64,000 nucleotides of DNA. It comes from Marsupella aquatica (lineage: Eukaryota > Plantae > Marchantiophyta). The position numbers and the translations under genes are program-made. The notes below the pieces were generated by a model. It was not told where the DNA came from, did not search any database, and saw nothing but the letters and a program-made list of their open reading frames with translations. The DNA is taken from NCBI GenBank assembly GCA_973895155.1, contig OZ316896.1:4779925-4843924 (forward strand). The letters run 5' to 3'. Positions 53,117-64,000 of the stretch are shown piece after piece (position 1 is the stretch's first letter; each line of letters begins with the position of its first letter).

Positions 53117-55552
53117 TCTTGCTCCATGGAACTAATTGTACTGATTACCTACCCAGTCAGAATCACAAAAGCCCTAGAAAGTAACCCATTTGCATAGACA
53201 TTTAGTGGTGGACCTCGCCACCTAGCGCCGTCACCAATCCCAGCACTCACGCCTAAGTGCCCCTGGTGCCCGAACGCCTCCACGAAATACCTCGAGCAAG
53301 TAAACTAGTGCCCCTTGCACCGCCCACCGCCCCTCCCATACGAAGCCGCACTTGCTCTCTAACTCAACCGCTACTCAACGGTCCTCCCTATCTGCACAAG
53401 CAACCAAGCACCTCGGTAAGTAACCCTTCAGGATCTAGAACTCGTCAAGTCTAGCATCCTACTCAAGCTCAACAAATGTTGGTAAATAGGTCAGCAATAG
53501 GTCATCCCGATGCCATGTAAGCCGGAACCAGAACCCACGTCCACTATCCGTCCAGGACAGCTCCTTCCTTGGGCACAGCTCGGGTTCCCCCTCATACCTA
53601 TCCATCACCAAATGACCGCCCTGATCTCAGGACATGCTCATGGCCCAAATAGCGTAGCTTGTCTTAAAGCTTGTCCCAACACGCCGGGACCAGAATGGCC
53701 CCGACTCCCGAATCCAACCCATGATTCGCACTACTGATGGTCTAGGGGCCGAACTCTCTTGGGGCTCAACCTCCACACCTACTTGGCCTTGCCTCCCCAA
53801 TGCAAGCTCCCTTGGGAGACTGAACGCGGCTTGGCTGTTGTTCCGCAGGATTTGGCAAGCGGGTGAGCTAACACCCGCAAACCTCAAGAACCCAGGGTAC
53901 CCTCAGACCCAGTTGAGCTCAGGAGGGCGTAGCCCTCTTCAAGAGATTTCCAACGCACCCAAGAAATCCTCCAACGGACTTCTCGTTGGGAAGATATCGT
54001 CATTTCCGTTTGACAATTTCCCTTAGTGTCGCGACCGCCGCCGCTCACGACTTCGGCTCACCCTTAGCCCCCAGGGAGACACCACTCCCCTCATATATGC
54101 TTCTGGGGACCTGCCACCTCCGGAGCAGCTTTGGTCCCTAAATATTTGGCCCGCAACCCGGATCTCATCGCGCATAATGGGCGCGCCACCATGCCAACTG
54201 GCAACGCCCATAACTTTCTCGATAGGCATCCAAAAACGGAGTGCCTTAGCCCATTGTGACCGGGCCGACCCAATGCTCATGCCTAGGTCCTCAGGTCTGA
54301 TCGCCGCTTGGGGCCCCCGACCGGCCCAACCCAGATCGGGCCATAACTTGCACCCCAAGCATCCGTTGCCAATGGCGTCAACTCCATTGGCCTTGGGCCC
54401 AAGAGGAGCTCACACTCAAGCCCTCAGAACTCAAAGTCCATCCGGAGGTCCGGACGGCCATCGTTGAGCCCGGCCCATTTCCCCTTGACCCGACTAGCCA
54501 TCGGTCAGTCCAAGTCCTTAGTGTGTGTCCCCAGCTTGGCTCCTAGCCTCGCTAGTGCCACGTCTCATTGCCCACAAGTCTCCCCATGCTAAGTCCTCCC
54601 CGGATGGCCTATCCGGGCCTGGACCATGAGGTAGCTCGGCTTCGGAGTCAACGACGCCAGAGCTAAGTGTTAAGGTAGTCAAGTTTCGCGACTCTTTGTA
54701 TTAATGGAATTACTATATATCTACACACTATAACAAACGATCCCGCTCTTTTTGTAGGCATCGTATGCTTTTGAAAATAGAATTGGCGTGAATCAATCCC
54801 GACCATAAGATTTAAAGTACTTCTTTTTGTGACCCTGGATTGGGAAAAATACATACCTCTGGATCCTATCATTCCCCTTTTATATCTTTTCTGTACGGTA
54901 CCTTTTTCACATTTTTGTCTTTTGTGTGTCTTTTGTTCCCTTTCATTTCCTTTTTATAGAGATATATACTTAGTGGACCTCCAAATGCAACTTTTTCTCT
55001 TAATGGACCAAAAGTTGCACACGCCCTCCCAGTGGACCCCAACGTTTAGATTCTCTCCCAATGGACCCCTAGGCCCACTCCGTACAAGCATGTTCTTCTG
55101 AAACACCTTACCACATAGTTCAGGTCCACTACGTACCCTGTGGACATCGTGGTTGGTCATGTGTAGTAGGCCATCGATAACATCGCAGTCCACAAGCGTC
55201 GTAGCCCTGGCCGCAATCGAGCGCTGCAACATCATGGCTTCCTAGCTTTTGTGAATACAATATGGCTATTGTATTCAAACTACAATAGCCGCAATCTAGA
55301 ACAATACAACATGGTCAATGTATTCACGTACTCTACGCATGCAATGACACGTACGTCGCGATTCTAGGTGGCATCTACTTTGGATACATAGTGGACATTG
55401 TATTCAAAGATCGCACTTAAACAAAGTCAGGACTCCCTTGCCTTACATATAGGCAGCAAGGCTTGCTATAATGAACAGAACCAAAACCTGTTCAAAATAG
55501 AACAATATATTTGTGTCTTGCATACAATATGCATGTTGTATGCACATTTCCC

Positions 55553-56055
55553 CCCGACTTTATGGCGAAGACAGCCCCCTGTCGAAGCCTTCCCAAAATT
55601 AATGGACAAAACTTATCGTATTACAACACAAAAATATGATTTGTCATGTATACACTTTGCACGTTGTATTCGGATTTTCACACTTAGGAAAAAAATTGTC
55701 CCTCCAACTTTACGAAGACGCCCCCCGCCGAAGCCTGCTCAAATGGACAAAACCTATTGTATTTCAACATTAATAGAAATATGATTTGTCATGTATACAC
55801 TTTGCACGCTATATTTAGATTTAACACTTAGAAAAAAACTTTGTCCCTCTGACTTTACGAAGACGCCCCCCTCCGAAGCCTGCCCAAATGGACAAAACCT
55901 ATTGTATTACAACACACATATAGGATTTTTCATGTATACACTTTGCACGTTACATTTGGATTTCACAATTAGAATTCTTTTTTGTCCCTCCGACTTTACG
56001 TACGAAGACGCCCCCCACCGAAGCCTGCCCAAATAATCAAAACCTTTTGTATACA
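55553..56055. repeat. Degenerate tandem array, ~3.5 units of ~145 bp
   Basis: Unit gactttacgaagacgcccccc..cgaagcctgcccaaatggacaaaacctattgtatt...catgtatacactttgcacg begins at ~55553, 55701, 55845 and 55985. Confidence 0.85.
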
Positions 56056-56369
56056 ACACCGAGATTCCCTTCTGTTCAAAACTAGTTAATTAGTCATATT
56101 TGTGGTATTATTTATTTAACAGTGTACTTCAAGACTGAAGTGCAATTTTTTTAGTATATATTTTCATCAAGTTTTTTATTTTTTGTGAGGGAACATCTTT
56201 TATAAAAAAATGAAGGTTTTTTTTTCATTTTTTCATGATTAAAGTTTATAGCTAGAAATTAAATCTCATCCTAAACTATCAATTCCCATATTTTAGTGCA
56301 GGTGTACCCTCTAAATTTTTGCTAGAATAGATATTTATACTTCCTCTGTTGGGCCACACCATCTTTTAG

Positions 56370-56790
56370 GCAATGACATCTTTTATGCAACTACTTATTT
56401 TCCACAACATCTTTTATACAATGACATCTTATGTGTGACGCACGGGTGCTGAACACAACCACAATGACTATGGCCGGGATGATACATAACATGCCTCAAC
56501 AACTTACTACTTCAATCATGAAGCTTTTGTATTTTTGCCACAGCTTGACACATTTTGTCATTTTGACATCTTTTTCTCTCCCCAACATCTTTACATCATT
56601 CACCTTGACATGATATTGTTCTAGCTCATCTCAACGTCTTTTCCTCAGCTCTGAAACATCTTTTTTTCTCCTCCACATTGTTTTCTCTCCTTGACAAATT
56701 TTTCTCATGTCACAATAATTTTCTTACCCCGACATCTTTTTCTCGTTCACCTTGACATTTTTGTGCAACACACGGGCATGGGGCTCGTGC
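56370..56790 (+). repeat. GACATCTT-rich low-complexity repeat with decayed Helitron-like end motifs
   Basis: tgtgacgcacggg (~56434) and tgtgcaacacacgggcatggggctcgt (~56762) resemble the terminus at 14969-14996. Confidence 0.5.
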
Positions 56791-57797
56791 CATATAATTA
56801 TATAGAGTTACAATTTGCATCCTCACTCTTACAGTACGTCACATACCTTTGACTGAATATATTTATATGTTGATATAACTCTAAATAAATTAACCTATCA
56901 TATTCCTATATATGTGGAAACAAAACTGAATTTTACCAAATTATATAGCACAAGGCTCTACAGTCAAATTAAGTAGCCATGTTTTTTGGGTCACTTTCCA
57001 TTGAAATGATTTTAAAACGTTTACACAATATATCATATACATCTCTTACTTCCCCACTGTCTTACTTCAGACTACTAACTGTAGGAATAAAGAATTATAT
57101 CTTATACTCTATGGAAAGGAGCACACCCCGAGTTTTTTCATGATTCATTTCCTTAAATATATTATATATAATTATGGAGAACCAGACCTGGCTGTATATG
57201 AACATAATTCTGTAGACACCTGCATATTGTACAAGTTAGGGTTTGCCTCAAGGTTTGCCCATTATACAAGAGTTTCCCATCAAATTCTTCCTCATTTAGT
57301 ACATTAATGCACATGTCCAAGTAGTTTCCTTAATTACCGTTTCAATGTAAGTTAGAGTTTCAGCGCGGGCACCTTTATTATGCTACACTACAATCATACA
57401 TTCAGGCAGGCTGGAGCGTAATCTCCTTCTATGCCATGCAATAAAATCGCTCGGGCAAAATATGTACCCAGGGCCAAGTTGGCAGTCAGTCTGAGTTTCA
57501 GTGTGCTGCAGCAAAGTATTTGAATGAAGAGAGTTGGCAGTCAGTCTATCTTTCACTGTGTTGAAGCAGAGTATATAAAGAGCACAGGGCTTCATTCAGT
57601 TTCACTCGATCTAGATCTGTCCTCATTGGTTTGTTCGTTTGCCTCTATATCTATAGCGGGATCTATACTCAGTCTGCCCTGCCTGCAAAGGCTTGAATCA
57701 CAGCTCTTGGAGTTGGAGAGTTGGAGCTCAATAATGTGAACAGTTCTGATCATTGATGTGAAGACTTCCTCCCCCTTTACAGCTCTCGATCGTCACC

Positions 57798-59443
57798 ATG
57801 ACACGTAATTCATTTTTCTCGGTACCGTTCTCTTCTACAGTACTAGTAGTGTGCATCGCATGTCTGAGTGTTCTAGTAGCGGACGGGTCTGCTCCTCCAA
57901 GCCTTACAGCAAGCCTTGATTATGGCACCTTCCAAGGAGCATACTCATCAACTTATAACATCAGCTATTGGATGAAGATTCCGTTTGCTGCGCCACACTG
58001 GGCGAAAATAGGTTCAGAGCGCCGCAACCACCGATTCCAATCTCGAGCGGGACGTATGATTCTAGTCAAAGCTACGATTTCTGCACACAGAGAACAGATG
58101 GTGGCACAGAAGACTGCCTTTATCTTGGACTCTACTCCCGGCCCTGAGATCCTGCACAACCTCTTCGCCCAGTCGTAGTGAACTTTTACGGAGGCGGCTT
58201 CATCGAAGGTGGCGGCTCCTTCACAGTCCCGCCAGTTGGATACCCAATACTCAACATCTCGTCATCGAGCGACATCATCTTTGTACACCCCAATTATCGG
58301 GTCAACGCATTTGGCTTCCTTCCTGGCAAGCAAATCGCATTGGATCCAATGTCAGACCTTAACGTTGGTCTCCTCGACCAGCAAGCAGCCCTGCAATGGA
58401 TTCAGAAATACATCCAGCACTTTGGTGGCGACCCTACCAACGTCAGCATTTGGGGTCACTCTGCAGGCGGTGGCAGCGTTGTGGCGCAAGTTATAGCCAA
58501 CGGCGGCCACACGTCTCCACCTCTTTTCACAAAAGCGCTGGGCTTGAGTCCCTACTGGCCGAAGACATATCGCTATGATGCACCAGAAGCGCAATCAATC
58601 TACGAAACTTTTGCGAGCCGTGCTGGCTGCCTTGGAAACAACTCTCTAGCCTGTCTCAAGGCTGCAGACATCAAGACTTTGAGGACAGCTGCACTGTATA
58701 TTTCGGAGAGCCACAAATACAGAACAAGCTCGTTCACCTGGGCTCCCGTTATTGGCGATTCATTCCTCCCTCAGCCCCTGTCGCAAGCATCCCGAAACGG
58801 GGACTATAATATCAACTTCGGTTTCGGGATGTACAGCACCTTTGAAGGCGAGGAGTTCATCCCCCCTGGCTTAAACTCATCCACTAACGTTGGCACCCCA
58901 CCTTTTAATTCTTCACTGGCATCATTCCAGAGCTGGCTTAGAGGTTTCCTCCCAGGGTTCTCAGATACGAGTCTCCAGTTGGTCGAGGACATCTATCAAG
59001 CCAACGACACAGCAGAGGTTACAGGCTCATACCAAAGCACTTACCTTCAAGCACAGTTCATCTACAGGGACCTCGTCTTCGCGTGTCCTGCATATTGGCT
59101 CTCTTCCGGGGCCCATGGAGCCGGCTATATAGGCCAATATGCAATTCCGCCTGCTCTTCACACCAGTGGTACCCAGTTTTGGACTACTGTGAATCCTGAG
59201 ATTCAGCGAAGTACTGATGTCACGTATCAAGGATACATTGGCGCTTTTGCGGGCTTTTTTGAGACAGGAGATCCCAACGCGCATAAGCTTACAAATACCA
59301 GTGTTCTAGGGGTGCCTGACATTAGTGTGACTCATGAGGAGTGGGTAGTGCTGCCTAGGGGAGAATTTGGAAATGTGTTTCTCGGCATGCTAGGACAGAG
59401 GTGTGATTTCTGGAGGAACATAGCAGCGGGGGTGCCTCTCTAA
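57798..59443 (+). pseudogene. Disrupted paralog of the type-B carboxylesterase
   Basis: Full-length alignment to 49106-50746, with a 1-bp deletion near 57997 (gcgccacactgggc versus gcgccaccagtgggc) and TGG>TGA near 58146. The downstream 421 codons are open and keep GHSAG. Confidence 0.85.
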
Positions 59444-60239
59444 GGGCGGGAACCGTACGTGAGGACTTCAGGTTTCATGCGCATGGGGTATGACGGTCAC
59501 AATAGATTCTTGATCAAGACTTGCATCTCTCAAACCTTTGCTACTCAATCTCTAAGTAGTGAGGAAGTCCTGTAGGATATCACCGGGTCTGAACGTTGTT
59601 ATGATGTCCGCTAATAAATTAACTCCAGTATTATGCGTGTCAGTTTTATTCAATTACTCAATTGCAAAAAACAATTTCTTGACTCGATCCTTTGTCTCCA
59701 AATCAATGCATCCACTTCATTCGGGACTTCATTATGACTTCCTCTAACTCGATATATCAGTATATATATCAGTACTCCACTAGCTACAACAAGAGACCCT
59801 TGTAGCTAGTTTATCTATTCACTATAATATACAATCTCGCCTTTTTGTGCTCCTCCTCTGTTTACAAAATCAGCTTTGGGAGGGAACTCATTATGACCCT
59901 TGGATAAAGCTTAAATTTCCCTACCCCTCAGATCTGTGTAAGGAAGAATAAAAGAGTATGTTATAGCTAAAAGAGTATGTTCTAGCATGAGGCACGGATG
60001 GGCTTCCATCCATACCTAGACTCATACACTAACATCCAGAAAAAAGTCATTGGGAAGTGAACGTGAATTGACATGTGGCTATATTGAGTAGGTGGGCCTG
60101 ACAAGAAAATGTAAGTAGACCCCACATTACATTTGGACACATGATTGCCCCATTCAAGTAAACTAAAGACAGAGAACAATACAAATTAAGTTGTGAGTTC
60201 ACAATGGATTATCTATAGGAAAGTGAAAAAAAAATTTAA

Positions 60240-61385
60240 GTCTATTAGGAGTAGATCAAGAAAAGTTATTTTTTCTATTCTCTATATGAAATATTGTTTC
60301 CAAGTTACATTAACACTCAATCCTAATTTATTTTTTTGCAATAACCTTAATGGCCAACAATGAAATGGCCACAGTGATAATTGATTGTAACAATGAAATG
60401 GCTATAATGACAATTGTGCAATGCACGGGCAATGTGTTTGTATATATGTCATATATTAAATCTCATTGTACAAAACTATCCCATCTCAAAGCTTTTATGC
60501 AATTGACAAAGGTGATAAAGGAAAGAACAAATCAGTACCCATGGAAGGAAAGAAAGGGAGGAGGGCACAAAAGAGGAGCAAAAAAAAGAAGGAATTTCTC
60601 TCTCAGTAGAGGGCGACCACACTTGACCCGTGACACCCCACCCACTGCCCCCCGTCTTGCGTTCCCTCCACGCTCTTCCCCTCGCCCACACCATTGTTTT
60701 CACAATAACACCTTGGGACATGCTTTGCCTCGACTTGATAAATTTTCTCACCTTGACATGTTTTTTTCATCTTGACATCTTTTTATCTCTTTAACGTCTT
60801 TTTCTAACCTTGACATATTTTTCTCATTTTCACATCTTTTCTCTCCTTGCATCTTTTCCTCAGCTCAATTGAGACCTCAATGTCATTTTCACATTGACAT
60901 TATTTTCTCACCTCGATAACCTTCCTCTCTTTTACATCTTTTACTCACCTCAACATCATTTTGTCATTTTCACATCTTCTTCTCTCATTGACATGATTTC
61001 CTCACCTTAATATCATTTTTCCACCTTGACATCTTTTCTTTCATTGACATCTTTTCTCACCTTGACATTGTTTCTTACACCTTGATATCTTTTCCTCTCC
61101 TCGACATCTTTTCCTCCCCTTGACATCTTTTTCTCTCTTCATATCTTTTTTCTCCTCGACATCTTTTGCTCACCTTGATATCTTTTGCTAGCCTCAAAAT
61201 CCTTTCTTTCCTCAACTTTTCTATCACTTTGACATCTTTTCTCTCCTCAACATCTTTGCTCACCTCAACATCTTTTATCACCTCGACACCTTTTTCTCTC
61301 TTTGACAACTTTTATCACCTCAACATCTTTTCTCTCCTCGACATCTTTTATCACCTCGACATCTTTCGTGCATTGGGCTATGTAT
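60240..61385 (+). repeat. Repeat block with a long (TT)GACATCTTTT-type low-complexity array (~60740-61370), same family as 14.2-15.0 kb
   Basis: Many ccttgacatcttttctc-like units; tgtgcaatgcacggg motif at ~60415. Confidence 0.7.
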
Positions 61386-64000
61386 ATATCAAATGCTGGC
61401 TTGAATAGTTGCAGTTAAGTATTACTGGACATTTGGAAGTTAAGTGGTGGCTGAATAAGGAGGGCAGATGTAAAGCTATTACCACCCACACTACAAAACT
61501 GTCAAGTCATTGGGTATTAAATCAAATTTTATCCTACCTTATTATGTGGCTGGGACATTTAAGAGGTTATTTGGTATTGGTGTCCTAAAATCCTACTTAG
61601 TTACAAGAAGAAAAACCCTTACTAGTGACTTGTATTTTCCCTTGGTAATAAGTGTATTTTTTTGCCAATTCTCTTGTAGTTCATATTGGAGTACGTAAAC
61701 TTATCTACAAGCACCAACATCAAACTAGATAAAAGTTCCATATAATAGGGTCAATTTAATTTCGTACCCGTGGAGACAATTTTGACTTGTGTATCTAGCG
61801 CAACTCCACACAGGTCCAAGTGACTTGTGCAGATTTGTGGTCAGAACCAGGGAGGAGATTTTCTGATGGAACAGATTGTACGTGGCACGTTTGACACCTC
61901 TGTTGTATATTCCATATATGAGTCAAAATTGAAGCCTAGTTTAGTTTGAGTAGTAAGCTGGTGTAGCGATCAATGAAGTAAGCTCCCGAGTAAGCTTGAG
62001 TAGCGATCTTTGATATTGGTTATTAACAGGCTCAGTCTCATAAACCAGAACTGTACGTACATACGTCTTCTCGGACAAGATTCTGGTTGGTGATCGAGTA
62101 AGGATCCCGGTAAGGATTAAGCTTGGCTGACATGATGCAGTTGAATAGTGACTGGCAATTCTCCCAATTAAAAAGTTGGATTTACGTACTTCCAGCTACA
62201 GTAGATATATAGGATTCATTGCAAAGGTAGGCCACATAGGATTAAAATTAGAGACCAAATAGAACTGTAACATTAGGCCAGACTAGAATCGTAACGGTAG
62301 GTCATAATCCTATCGGTAGGCATACAATTCTCGGGAGGCCATAATCCTATCGGTAACAAATAATTAACCTACATAACCCGTACTCCTTTGCGTGTTACTA
62401 GTTTGACGTCGTAAGTCGCACATGCGTATACATGTTAACTATTCGTCATTTCGTAGTAGTTTTAGTTCTGTGGTCAGTAGTCACTCGTCTCGCTGTAATA
62501 CTCACTGGTTACCGTGGCTATTTTTGTTGGAAATCACCCGTCAGATCTACTTCTCAATCTTGCCAGTTAGTCGACGTATAGGACAGAACTAGTCCCCTTG
62601 AATGACAGCTGGAATTGTTAGGGCATTAGCTCCCGGCGGTGAGTCGCCCGGGCTGTAGGAATCATACATGCATGTATAAGAACCGGGTTCGTGCGGTTCA
62701 TTTGATATGTCAATCATATTGTGGCAATTCCAACATGGACAGTATCAGAGCCTGCGGTTCGATCTGATTGGGATCTCGTGTTGCAATAATTGAGATAGTG
62801 TTGTAAGTTTCGGTAGAGTTCTGGTTGAGTCACTTAGAATTAACAGTAGCACATGTGCATGTTTCTTTAGTGTAGAACAAGTGAGTACCATTGAAGGTCA
62901 TCGAGTTTTAGTATCAAACTAAGTACTGACTCTCTAGAAACACATCTAGGAAGTCCGTGCAGCGATGGCGACCGTCAAAGAGGTTCCAGAGGGTATATAT
63001 GAAACCAGCTGATTCTTCTAACTAATTCTTGATCTGGTCGATGCAACTTTTCAGAAGAGAAAAATTGTGGGCGGCCGTGGACCCCAGCTGCAGCAAAGTC
63101 GCTGCGGTATCTAGTGGAGAGGAGGACTAGCTGACCAGACTTCAACTATACAAGATGCATATATTGACAATAGCACTATTAGAAATACAGCCGCTTTCAG
63201 GTCATTATATATTGACCAAGACCTACTTCTAGAGGCCCAAAAGTTTATACAGTGGAGCTCACGTACTGTCCCATCGTTTCCTACCTCAGCCCGAGTGATT
63301 GTGCTTGAGGCTAGCTCTGTAAAATGTGTTAAGCAGCACCAACTCCGGATTTAATTTTGTCTCAGTTTTGTAATAGACATTCACAAGATGACTTGCAACC
63401 TTAATTTTGAATAGCGGGGGCGATCCATTGTGATTTTCAGGTGTGCTTCGCTTTTGATCCAAAGTAAGCACTAAACGTACCCAAATTAATTATCGATCGA
63501 TCAAGTCTATATATGGCTAGAAGAACTGCAGTAGGTACCTGATGGGAAAGAGAGAGCAAAAACAAAACAAGACCAGTGCGAAACAAACGACTGAAATGAA
63601 GAAGCTAGTAAACGGTTGGAAAGTAACAACCTGCAGTCCACCAAGCCACGGAATAGAGCCAACAATACATTAACAAAATTAATGTAGCTAGCGCCGAGAG
63701 AGCTAGGATCAGCAAGAAAATTGTAATATGCGGATGATAGTAACTGATTCTTCCTTACATACTGTGAAAGAACGGGAGGGAAGTACTGAGAATTAGTGGG
63801 AAGATGGAGCGAAGCCCCGGGCACAAACACTGTTATTACGTACGTCCTAGCTAGTGACAAATCGTAACGGACCAGGTAAATGCCAACTAGCTTAGAAGTC
63901 GACTCTGGCTGAAGCTGAAAACCCTAAAAGGGACAGCGGAGTGCTGAACACTGACCACCAATCACTTTAAACACGTGGCATATGTTGAGGAAATGAGAAG

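Noticed and set aside
62965-63135. ATG exon plus spliced segment reading GRPWTPAAAKSLRYLVERR, faintly Myb-like
   Set aside because: It stops after a few codons and lacks the EED motif and later helices; too weak to call.

Overview
Eukaryotic, intron-rich land-plant DNA. It looks bryophyte/liverwort-like from gene style, but the species cannot be fixed from the sequence. Housekeeping genes rebuilt from GT-AG junctions are a CXXC zinc-binding DUF866/CZIB homolog (3376-5530), a TMEM50/UPF0220 homolog (7624-10029) and complex I subunit NDUFB4/B15 (25917-27291). The window also holds a complete 6-exon OYE/OPR oxidoreductase (39485-42975) and a 2-exon FHA-domain gene (44234-46187). The centre is a rearranged accessory region: a ~7-8 kb segmental duplication (13971-20805 / 32645-40542) carries two intact, divergent H2A genes and leaves one truncated OPR copy, and between the copies lie a divergent H4 gene (18 substitutions versus canonical plant H4) and its pseudogene. 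All four histone loci share a ~66-bp upstream module (36/42 ungapped identity between H2A and H4, equal spacing to a TATA-like box in the intact genes), which suggests a co-regulated set of non-canonical histone variants. The right part has an intronless, secreted type-B carboxylesterase that resembles fungal enzymes (candidate horizontal transfer) and a disrupted paralog. Helitron-like ends, a solo LTR, a MITE-like element and many tandem repeats are interspersed. All coordinates and alignments were read by eye; no database search was run.
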